Source of the DNA: Candidatus Enterousia sp.
Lineage (GTDB): Bacteria > Pseudomonadota > Alphaproteobacteria > Rs-D84
DNA: 64,000 bases
Assembly: GCA_045616625.1 (NCBI GenBank)
Contig: JAZLHA010000014.1
Span: 23,155 to 87,154, forward strand
Direction: 5' to 3'
A program made the position numbers and the translations under genes. A model generated the notes under the pieces. The model did no database searches. It had not been told where the DNA came from and was given only the letters and a program-made list of their open reading frames with translations. Of this stretch, positions 54,071-64,000 are shown one piece after another. Positions within the stretch are counted from its first letter, which is position 1. Each line of letters begins with the position of its first letter.

Positions 54071-55702
54071 ATGAAACAGGAAGAAAATATTTTAAATACA
54101 TCTATAAATCAGAAACCGTCAGTGCCGGCGGGTATGGAAAATTCTGAAATAAAAGATATTGTTGATTATCTGTTTTCTAATGGTAATCGTTTGATGACCG
54201 CAACCGGTGCCAAAATTGAATTACCAAAAGATACTCAAGGTTTGGTTGCATATTTTTCTGGTGGTGAAATTATTATTTCGCGGACGCATCGCTATGATGG
54301 TCGTGTTTTGGCTTTTTTGGATTTATTAAAAAAGCGCGATTGGCCAATGCGTACACCTTTTTATTCTGATTTGGGGTTGGTTTCTGCAATATATAAAGCG
54401 TATGAGGCACGTATGGGTGGTGTTACGCGTAATATAGTTGATTATGACAACCAGATGCAGAAAGACTTTGTTGATATTATTGCGCGTGCTGCGGCACAAA
54501 AAGTATCTGATATTCATATAGAGGTGTCTGACCAAACAACTATATATTTCCGTATAGATGGTAGTATGCAACCGGTTCTGGAATATAATTCTGCATGGGG
54601 TGAATCTTTTGTTCGTGCAGCATTTGCATCGTCTGATATTTCTAATACTAACTATGCGCAAAATGAATATCAATCTGCACAAAAAGACGGGCGTACACCT
54701 TTGCGTGGAACCAAAGATTTATATTTACCTGCGGGTGTTTTAAGTATTCGTATGCAATTTAATCCAATTGCATTTGGGTCGCGTTATGTTGTTATGCGTT
54801 TGTTGTATGATAATCCAACAGAGGGTATAAAAACAGAACAAGAATTTAGCCCATACGAACAAAGATTGTTAATGCGTTTGCGTTCTTTCCCAACAGGTTT
54901 GGTTATTGTTGCAGGTCCAACAAGTTCTGGTAAATCAACAACGCTTGTGCGTAATATGGCGCTGATGTTAAAGGAACGTAATTATGAAATAAATATGATT
55001 ACTGTTGAAAACCCTGTGGAACAGAAAATTTTTGGCGCACACCAAATGCCTGTGACAAATGCCACAACCGAAGAACAACGCGATGAAAAATATACCGAAG
55101 CGTTAGCGGCGGCATTACGTAGTGACCCTGACACCCTGATGGTTGGTGAAATAAGAACACTTGCTGCGGCGCAATTAACTGTGCGTGGTGCGTTATCTGG
55201 ACATAATGTTTGGACAACACTGCATGCTAATTCTGCGATGGCGGCACTTACACGTTTGCTTGATATGGGTGTAGAGGGTTTTAAATTAAAAGAAGAAACC
55301 CTTATGCGTGGACTTGTTTCTATGCGTTTGTTTAAAAAATTATGTCCATATTGCAGGCAACATTTGGCAGACCATCCTGAAAACCAAGCATACAAGCGTG
55401 TGCGTGATGCGTTTGGTGATATTGGACTAAAACAGGTTTATATCAAGGGGCCAGGGTGCAAGGAATGTAATGGTACGGGAACAATAGGTCGAATAAAGGC
55501 CGGTGAAATTATTATTACTAATAGTGAGTTTTTGCGTTTTGCACTCGCTGGGAATACTGATGCTGCGGTTAAATACTGGCTTGAAGAAATGGATGGTCGC
55601 ACATTAAAAGAATCTGCGATGGAATTATTGTTGCGTGGAATAATCGGAATTGACGAGTTAGAACGTTGGGTTGGTATGTTGGATAGACCAGGAGTGTATT
55701 AA
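54071..55702 (+). CDS. GspE/PilB-family secretion/pilus assembly ATPase (R64 PilQ-like)
   Basis: Walker A GPTSSGKSTT, Asp box and Walker B (LMVGEIR), His box (TLHAN), and the tetracysteine motif CPYC...CKEC. Confidence 0.88.
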   Translation: MKQEENILNTSINQKPSVPAGMENSEIKDIVDYLFSNGNRLMTATGAKIELPKDTQGLVAYFSGGEIIISRTHRYDGRVLAFLDLLKKRDWPMRTPFYSDLGLVSAIYKAYEARMGGVTRNIVDYDNQMQKDFVDIIARAAAQKVSDIHIEVSDQTTIYFRIDGSMQPVLEYNSAWGESFVRAAFASSDISNTNYAQNEYQSAQKDGRTPLRGTKDLYLPAGVLSIRMQFNPIAFGSRYVVMRLLYDNPTEGIKTEQEFSPYEQRLLMRLRSFPTGLVIVAGPTSSGKSTTLVRNMALMLKERNYEINMITVENPVEQKIFGAHQMPVTNATTEEQRDEKYTEALAAALRSDPDTLMVGEIRTLAAAQLTVRGALSGHNVWTTLHANSAMAALTRLLDMGVEGFKLKEETLMRGLVSMRLFKKLCPYCRQHLADHPENQAYKRVRDAFGDIGLKQVYIKGPGCKECNGTGTIGRIKAGEIIITNSEFLRFALAGNTDAAVKYWLEEMDGRTLKESAMELLLRGIIGIDELERWVGMLDRPGVY

Positions 55703-55704
55703 TA

Positions 55705-56775
55705 ATGGATAAACTTGAAATTTTATACGCAAAAATAGCGTTTAAATTAAATACCCAGCGTCGTATGGCAATGGCGCGTAAGTTGGCGTCGCTTTTGCGT
55801 AATAATTTTTCTTTGATGGATGCATTAAATAGATTGGAAAAGATAGAGTCTTATAATGGGTCGCGCCCAAACGAACCGTATGCTATTGCTATGCGTCAAT
55901 GGCAAAAGAATTTGGAACAAGGTATGAGTTTTTCTGACGCGACACGTGGTTGGTTGCCACCAGAAGAAACATTGCTTGTGACATCTGCTGATATTTCTAA
56001 TTTGGTTATTGCGCTGGAAAGTATAGGCAAGGTTGTAGAGGGTGTTGAAAAAATTAAACGCGCTATGCGTAATGCGATTGCGTATCCTTTGTTTTTGTTG
56101 ATATTAACTTTTTTAATCATTGTTATGGTTGGTGTTTATCTGGTTCCACCACTAATAGAAGCGGTTGGAACGGATGTTGAATGGACTGGGATTGCAAAAA
56201 CTTTGATTGTTGTTTCTGAATTTTGTATAAATTATTGGCATATAATTGTTGGTTGTTTTGTTGGATTGATATTGATTATATGGTTTAGTTTGCCGAATTG
56301 GACGGGGAACTTACGTTTTAAATTTGATAAATTGCCACCATGGAATGTTTATAAATTACATACTTCTGTTGGTTGGCTAATGTCGCTTTCTGCGATGGTG
56401 GCGGCGGGTGTAACAGTGCCTGATGCAATGCGTATGTTAGCAGATAATGCAAGTGCATATTTGCGTAGTATATTGGAATCGGCACTACGGTTTATTGCAA
56501 ATGGTGATAATTTAGGGGTTGCATTGGCTAATACCAAGACTGACTTTCCAAACCAGGATATTATTGGTGATCTTACTATATATTCTGAAATGAACGATTT
56601 TAGTCGAAATGTTTCTGTGTTGGCATCCGAATATCAGCAAGAATCTATACGAAAAATGGAATCTATATCAGAGTTTTTAAATAGTGCCGGTATATTATTA
56701 GTGTCTGCGATTATTGCTTGGGTGGTACTCGCCACATTCCAGATGCAGGATCAAATTACAACATTACTTACATAA
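55705..56775 (+). CDS. GspF/PilC-family inner-membrane platform protein (R64 PilR-like)
   Basis: 356 aa, T2SSF-like topology with 3 TM helices, directly downstream of the ATPase. Confidence 0.75.
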   Translation: MDKLEILYAKIAFKLNTQRRMAMARKLASLLRNNFSLMDALNRLEKIESYNGSRPNEPYAIAMRQWQKNLEQGMSFSDATRGWLPPEETLLVTSADISNLVIALESIGKVVEGVEKIKRAMRNAIAYPLFLLILTFLIIVMVGVYLVPPLIEAVGTDVEWTGIAKTLIVVSEFCINYWHIIVGCFVGLILIIWFSLPNWTGNLRFKFDKLPPWNVYKLHTSVGWLMSLSAMVAAGVTVPDAMRMLADNASAYLRSILESALRFIANGDNLGVALANTKTDFPNQDIIGDLTIYSEMNDFSRNVSVLASEYQQESIRKMESISEFLNSAGILLVSAIIAWVVLATFQMQDQITTLLT

Positions 56776-56800
56776 AAAACGCTTTTTTGGCGTTTTTTTT
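56776..56800. terminator. Bidirectional terminator after the pilus-like operon
   Basis: AAAACGC-ttttttg-GCGTTTT followed by a T-run. Confidence 0.75.
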
Positions 56801-57368
56801 AAACAATAAAGGGCAGGTTTTCTATTGTCCCCTCTGTCACCCTGACATTAACGTCTATTAGCATAAATATGGAATCAGGTGATGGCGCACAATTTTGAGG
56901 TAGTATTTCAGGTGCAAGTAAATGCGAAGTGTTTACCGTCAATTTTGTGACCAAATGATCATCATCTAAAAGTGTATAAATTGGACCAATATTTTGTGGT
57001 GTGTTTTGACCAATTTCGTGTTCGTTTTGTGGACAACGCAGGCCGTCCATAATTGTCTTTACTCGATTATCGATATCAGAATGTGGAACACCTATAATTT
57101 CAGGGTGCATAAGCAAAATATCCAATTCTGCGATCATTTTAAGGTTTGGTGTAATGATTGGATTCCAATCTATGCCACCAACATGACGGGTAATAATAGG
57201 GCTTTTAGTGGCGTCTGGTGCCATATATTTTGTAAGGTTGCACCAAGGCTGTAATTCAACAAGCCTTTTTAATTGTGGATGAAATTGCATCCGAATATCA
57301 GCAATATGCTGGGCACGCTTTTTTGGGTTTACAAAAATATCGCCAAAATACAATAATTTAAACTTCAT
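56799..57368 (-). CDS. RusA-family Holliday junction resolvase-like protein
   Basis: DIDNRVKTIMDGL matches the RusA motif D-[LI]-D-N-x-x-K-x-x-x-D-x-L, and it is followed by LLDDDHLVTKL (RusA has ..DD.QV..). At 189 aa it is longer than the canonical ~120 aa. Confidence 0.6.
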   Translation of the reverse strand: MKFKLLYFGDIFVNPKKRAQHIADIRMQFHPQLKRLVELQPWCNLTKYMAPDATKSPIITRHVGGIDWNPIITPNLKMIAELDILLMHPEIIGVPHSDIDNRVKTIMDGLRCPQNEHEIGQNTPQNIGPIYTLLDDDHLVTKLTVNTSHLLAPEILPQNCAPSPDSIFMLIDVNVRVTEGTIENLPFIV

Positions 57369-57453
57369 TTTATTATCCCTTATTTTTTGTGTTTTTATAC
57401 CTTTTCTCTTGATAATTATATCATAAATTGCTATGTTTTACATAGCAAAATAA

Positions 57454-59865
<2,412 letters not shown>

Positions 59866-59880
59866 TAAAGGCGATTGGTT

Positions 59881-60045
59881 ATGGAAAGTTTTGCAAAATC
59901 TAGACCGATTAAATGCAGAAAAACACCTTCTAGAAACAGGTATAAACATAATGAATATATGAAAAGGGCCTATGAAGAATCGCAAAGAAATGCTGTTTCT
60001 GCATGGAAAGCAACACGTGATGTGGTTTTAGGTAATTGCCGATAA
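59881..60045 (+). CDS. Possible small basic protein (54 aa)
   Basis: Below the ORF-track size cutoff. My translation is MESFAKSRPIKCRKTPSRNRYKHNEYMKRAYEESQRNAVSAWKATRDVVLGNCR. No clear RBS. Confidence 0.25.
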   Translation: MESFAKSRPIKCRKTPSRNRYKHNEYMKRAYEESQRNAVSAWKATRDVVLGNCR

Positions 60046-60057
60046 AAAGGGTTTAAT

Positions 60058-60708
60058 ATGAATCTATTTTCAAAGCAATGGTTTTTTGATTTAGATTCAA
60101 AATTGCGTGAAATTGGTTTGGATAATGATGATAAGTCTTTTGATGAAATAAAAGAAAATTTATCACATCCAAAAAAGTTATCACCTGATGAATTTGCGAG
60201 TGCAACAGTCTATGTAATCTTAGCAGGTGGTTTTTCGCAAAAAACAGCAAAGAAAATTCATAAAATTATTATGGAAATTCTTCCGAATAATCCATCAGAA
60301 TCTGAATTATTAAAAATCTTTAATAATAAAAATAAAATAAATTCTATTTTAAAAGTGTGGCGCAATAGATGCGAATTTTGTGATGGTTTTTATAAGTGTA
60401 ATTGTTTGGATGATAAACTAAATTGTTTGGTTCATTTACCACATATTGGAAAAATTACTGCAAATCATTTGGCGCGTAATTTGGGTGAAAATATTGTAAA
60501 ATATGATATTTGGATTCAACGTCTTGGGGCGCTATACGCTGGAAATCTGGCGTTAAAACAAAAAATAGATAATAGACATTTAAGTTCCGATATAAAATAT
60601 GCGTGTGATGAAATGTTTACACATCTGGAACGCGAGACCGGTTTGCCACGGGGTTATATCGATGTTGTTTTATGGAAATCTTGCCAACAGGGGTTAATAA
60701 AATTATGA
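60058..60708 (+). CDS. HhH-GPD-superfamily DNA glycosylase-like protein
   Basis: Helix-hairpin-helix motif LPHIGKITANHLARNLG followed by VKYDIWIQR, which parallels VDTHVFR of endonuclease III. Confidence 0.5.
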   Translation: MNLFSKQWFFDLDSKLREIGLDNDDKSFDEIKENLSHPKKLSPDEFASATVYVILAGGFSQKTAKKIHKIIMEILPNNPSESELLKIFNNKNKINSILKVWRNRCEFCDGFYKCNCLDDKLNCLVHLPHIGKITANHLARNLGENIVKYDIWIQRLGALYAGNLALKQKIDNRHLSSDIKYACDEMFTHLERETGLPRGYIDVVLWKSCQQGLIKL

Positions 60709-61367
60709 ATGTAAAAATAGAAGAGTCTTGGAAAGATGCATTAAGCGCAGAATTTAATAAAGATTATTTTATTAAACTTACTGACTTTGTTCGTCAAGAA
60801 TATATGTCGGGCAAGGCGATTTATCCGGCACCAAAAAATATATTTAATGCGTTTAATTTATGTCCTTTGGATAAAGTAAAGGTTGTTATTATTGGTCAAG
60901 ATCCGTATCACGAACCAGGTCAGGCGATAGGTTTATGTTTTTCTGTACCGGATGGAATTGCTTTGCCACCATCTTTGATAAATATTTATAAAGAAATTGA
61001 ATCTGATTTAGGACATAAAAGTATTACACATGGTGATTTAACATATTGGGCAAATCAGGGTGTTTTGTTGTTAAATTCAACGCTAACTGTTATGGCACAT
61101 AATGCCGCATCGCACGCAGGGCGCGGTTGGGAACAATTTACAGATGCCGTTATTCGTGTGGTTGCAAAACGTGATAATATTGTTTATATGTTATGGGGCA
61201 GTTATGCACAAAAGAAAGCAGAATTCGTCGATGAATCAAAGAATATGGTTCTTAAAAGTGTTCATCCGTCGCCACTATCGGCACATCGTGGATTTTTTGG
61301 TAATCATCATTTTAGCCGGGCCAATGAATACTTAAAACAACATGGAAAAACGCAAATAGATTGGTAA
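60705..61367 (+). CDS. ung: Uracil-DNA glycosylase (family 1)
   Basis: GQDPYH and HPSPLS motifs. Start set at the ATG overlapping the upstream stop. Confidence 0.93.
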   Translation: MNVKIEESWKDALSAEFNKDYFIKLTDFVRQEYMSGKAIYPAPKNIFNAFNLCPLDKVKVVIIGQDPYHEPGQAIGLCFSVPDGIALPPSLINIYKEIESDLGHKSITHGDLTYWANQGVLLLNSTLTVMAHNAASHAGRGWEQFTDAVIRVVAKRDNIVYMLWGSYAQKKAEFVDESKNMVLKSVHPSPLSAHRGFFGNHHFSRANEYLKQHGKTQIDW

Positions 61368-61371
61368 TTTT

Positions 61372-61959
61372 TTAGAAATTATATGTTAAACCCAAACCAT
61401 AAAATGCGTACGAATTATTTTCATCAGCAGTATTTGCATTTGAAAAGTGTTGTATGAATAATTCTGCTGCCCACACTTTGTTTATGTTATAACCGAATGT
61501 CACTTTGAATTGGAATAACAATTTTGCGCCCAAACGTTCGTTTTGTTTTGCCTGTAAACCAACGCCAGCACCCATACCACCGTACAGGCGATTATAACGA
61601 AATAATGCAACTTCTTCGGTGAAATATATCATTGGAATTGTATAATCTTGCCATTTCCAACCGTTTTTTTCACCCAAACCCAATGTTTCAGATATATTTA
61701 TAGAACGTCGCGCAGGAACCCTAAAAAAAGTTGTTGGTTGTGAATACTGAAATGTTCCGATATAAAAAGGCACCGGTCTAACTGGTGGTGGTAATAATAT
61801 ACCAGTGTCAAATCCCTGACCAAAACCAAATGCGATTTGGTTTTGATATGTTCCCATAAATGGATTTTTCATTTCAGGACTACACACCTGGATTGGTTCA
61901 CCAAACGCGAAGCCTGGAAAAACGGTTGCTGATAATAAAAATAGATTTAATTTTTTCAT
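61372..61959 (-). CDS. Outer-membrane beta-barrel acyloxyacyl hydrolase / lipid A 3-O-deacylase (PagL)-like protein
   Basis: Signal peptide MKKLNLFLLSATVFPGFAFG, HFSNA (PagL-type H-x-S-N catalytic motif), and a C-terminal ..YGLGLTYNF OMP signature. Confidence 0.65.
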   Translation of the reverse strand: MKKLNLFLLSATVFPGFAFGEPIQVCSPEMKNPFMGTYQNQIAFGFGQGFDTGILLPPPVRPVPFYIGTFQYSQPTTFFRVPARRSINISETLGLGEKNGWKWQDYTIPMIYFTEEVALFRYNRLYGGMGAGVGLQAKQNERLGAKLLFQFKVTFGYNINKVWAAELFIQHFSNANTADENNSYAFYGLGLTYNF

Positions 61960-62054
61960 GCACAATAGTATATCATAAAATAACCTTATTTCCAAATAGT
62001 AAATGTAAATGATGCTTGCAATTCAGAATTTGTCTGTTATAATCACTGCACATT

Positions 62055-62129
62055 GGCGGCGTAGCTCAGTGGTAGAGCAGAGGAATCATAATCCTTTGGT
62101 CAGGGGTCCAAATCCCTTCGCCGCTACCA
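62055..62129 (+). tRNA. tRNA with CAU anticodon (elongator Met or Ile2-lysidine type)
   Basis: Cloverleaf: GGCGGCG/CGCCGCT acceptor stem (G1-U72 wobble), anticodon loop ATCATAA. The T loop reads TCCAAAT, so position 55 is C. Confidence 0.85.
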
Positions 62130-62135
62130 AAATTA

Positions 62136-62156
62136 AAATCGGGTTTATCCCGATTT
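62136..62156. terminator. Bidirectional terminator between the tRNA and the convergent ABC exporter gene
   Basis: AAATCGGG-tttat-CCCGATTT. Confidence 0.7.
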
Positions 62157-63954
62157 ACTTTTTAGTATCGTTTTTATTTGTTTTAAACTGCATATCATAA
62201 AGTGCTTTATAGGCACCGTTTTTGATTTCTACAAGTTCATCATGTGTACCAGATTCAACAATTTGACCTTCGTTAATAACAACAATTTTTGTTGCATTGC
62301 GAACAGTTGATAATCTGTGTGCAATAACAAACACTGTTTTGTCGCGCATAAGGTTTTCAATCGCTTTTTGAACGACTGCTTCGGCTTTATTATCAAGGGC
62401 TGATGTTGCTTCATCTAAAATCAGAATAGGAGCATTTTTCAGAAATGCACGTGCAATTGCAACGCGTTGTTTTTGTCCTCCAGATAACATAATACCGCGT
62501 TCACCAATTTGTGTATCCAAACCGTCTTTTAATGTTTTTACAAAATCGTCCAGATATGCCCTTTTAACAGCATTCTCAATTTCTTCTTGGGTTGCGTTTT
62601 CGTTTCCAAGCAATATATTTTCGCGTATTGTTCCAGCAAACAAGAAATTATCTTGGAATACAACACCAATATTTTTACGCAATGACTTTAATGTAAAATC
62701 ACGAATATCGGTGCCGTCTATGCAAATTTCACCATTTGTCACATCATAGAATCTCGGAAGCAAGCTAACAACTGTGCTTTTCCCGCCACCAGAATTTCCA
62801 ACCAGCGCAATAGTTTCGCCATGATTCACAGTAAAGTTTATGTCTTTTAATACAGGAACGTCAGGCAAGTATTGGAAAGAAACATGTTTGAATTCAATTT
62901 TTTTATGGGTTGATGGCATTTGTTTTGCATCTTTTTTATCTGTGATTGCAGGTGTTGCATCCAAAACATCAAATACACGTTCAATTGCCAAGAAAGACAT
63001 TAGTAAAGAATTATAATTTTCACCAATAGTTTTCATTGGTGTATATAACAATATCAATGCAGTCAAAAACGATACAAAATTACCAGCAGTAATTGTGCCG
63101 TTCAAAATCAACATAGAACCAAACCAAATGGCAAGTCCAATACCAACAGATAAAATAACATGCATAACAGGAGTCAACCAACGTGTTCGCTTTAACATTT
63201 TTAATCTGATGTTAAATATATTATCTAATACACATTTGAATTTATCTTTCTGATGGCAATCCAGATTATACGAAATAACCGTTTTGTTTCCAGCATAAGA
63301 TTCGTTATAAACAGTCAATAAGTAAGAATCTGCCTTGATAGATTCACTCATTACAGAGTTGACCTTTTTGCGTAAACTCGCCATAGGCAGAAACGCCCCA
63401 ACCAAAACAAGTGTGCAAACAACAGCTAGTTGCCAAGAGTTATAGAATAATACCGCTGACAAAGATATTGCCTTAAAGAATTTTTCTAAAAACGATTTAA
63501 GATTAGAAATTAAACCTGAACATGCTATATCAGCATTGGTGCTAAAAGTGTATATAACGTCCCCAGATTGACGTTTATTAAAGTATTCGGTTTCAAATGT
63601 CAGCATTTTTTTATACAAATCAAGTTTCAACAGGTTTGTAATTTTTGTACCGACCCATGTATTAAGGTATGCAGAAATATATGTCAAAGCACCCTGAACA
63701 CTGGTGAATGCGATAATAACGAGTGGAATATACCATGCTGTTTCAAGGGATTTTTCCACCATAACTAAATCCATATATGGTTTTAACGCTAATGCAATTA
63801 AAGCATCCATTGAACCAACAGGAATTGCAACCAATAATGATAACAAACCACGAACCCAAAAAGGCTTTATATAAGGCCACATGCGTTTATAGTTTGTGAC
63901 GAACATATTTTCTAATATAATTTTTCTTAATTCTTTTGATATTTTTTCTGCCAT
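62155..63954 (-). CDS. ABC exporter, fused permease/ATPase (MsbA-like lipid A flippase family)
   Basis: 6-TM N-terminal domain, Walker A GNSGGGKST, signature LSGGQKQR, Walker B ILILDEATSALD. Confidence 0.88.
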   Translation of the reverse strand: MAEKISKELRKIILENMFVTNYKRMWPYIKPFWVRGLLSLLVAIPVGSMDALIALALKPYMDLVMVEKSLETAWYIPLVIIAFTSVQGALTYISAYLNTWVGTKITNLLKLDLYKKMLTFETEYFNKRQSGDVIYTFSTNADIACSGLISNLKSFLEKFFKAISLSAVLFYNSWQLAVVCTLVLVGAFLPMASLRKKVNSVMSESIKADSYLLTVYNESYAGNKTVISYNLDCHQKDKFKCVLDNIFNIRLKMLKRTRWLTPVMHVILSVGIGLAIWFGSMLILNGTITAGNFVSFLTALILLYTPMKTIGENYNSLLMSFLAIERVFDVLDATPAITDKKDAKQMPSTHKKIEFKHVSFQYLPDVPVLKDINFTVNHGETIALVGNSGGGKSTVVSLLPRFYDVTNGEICIDGTDIRDFTLKSLRKNIGVVFQDNFLFAGTIRENILLGNENATQEEIENAVKRAYLDDFVKTLKDGLDTQIGERGIMLSGGQKQRVAIARAFLKNAPILILDEATSALDNKAEAVVQKAIENLMRDKTVFVIAHRLSTVRNATKIVVINEGQIVESGTHDELVEIKNGAYKALYDMQFKTNKNDTKK

Positions 63955-64000
63955 TTTTTCACTCGTTTTAGTTTTCCGCCATTGTAGTATGTTTGTTTTC

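Noticed and set aside
62009-62200. 63-aa plus-strand ORF
   Set aside because: It entirely covers the tRNA-CAU gene and its terminator.

Overview
AT-rich, gene-dense bacterial chromosome segment, about one third G+C by eye. Gene content and order suggest an alphaproteobacterial, Rickettsiales/Holosporales-like intracellular lineage: a scattered rvh-style virD4 and virB3-virB4, a eukaryote-like IleRS, DUF374-lpxK, and rpmI-rplT-pheST. This taxonomic placement is inference only. The left ~8 kb is an accessory island. It holds a P4-type tyrosine integrase (cut by the window edge), an XRE-type regulator, a HUH rolling-circle Rep, AlpA/Xis-like proteins, two tandem paralogous lipoproteins, and an ABC/AAA_21-like ATPase followed by a DUF3800-like protein. 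I rank the ATPase + DUF3800-like pair as the best candidate for an undescribed (defence-like) system. The rest is mostly housekeeping: metG, queH, fabDG, mnmG, pnp, der, rsmE, ileS, nth, pheST, rplT, rpmI, mreCD-mrdA-rodA, topA, dnaG, ychF, rpmJ, gyrB, ung, and the LPS genes lpxK, lpxC, a PagL-like gene and an MsbA-like exporter. Interspersed with these are: (a) virD4 alone, and virB3-virB4 coupled to a secreted HExxH protein in the VirB5 position; (b) an orphan R64-type (type IVb pilus) pilO-P-Q-R-like block with no pilin, secretin or peptidase; (c) a stand-alone RusA-like resolvase; (d) two distant paralogues of a small Cys-rich, HiPIP-like protein; (e) a GC-rich, highly structured ~230-nt non-coding stretch ending in a terminator, a candidate sRNA. 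There are five tRNAs (Val-GAC, Val-UAC, Thr-CGU, initiator Met, Met/Ile2-CAU), and two of them carry C instead of U at T-loop position 55. I saw no rRNA, no CRISPR array and no intact IS element. All functional calls come from reading motifs by eye; no database search was possible.
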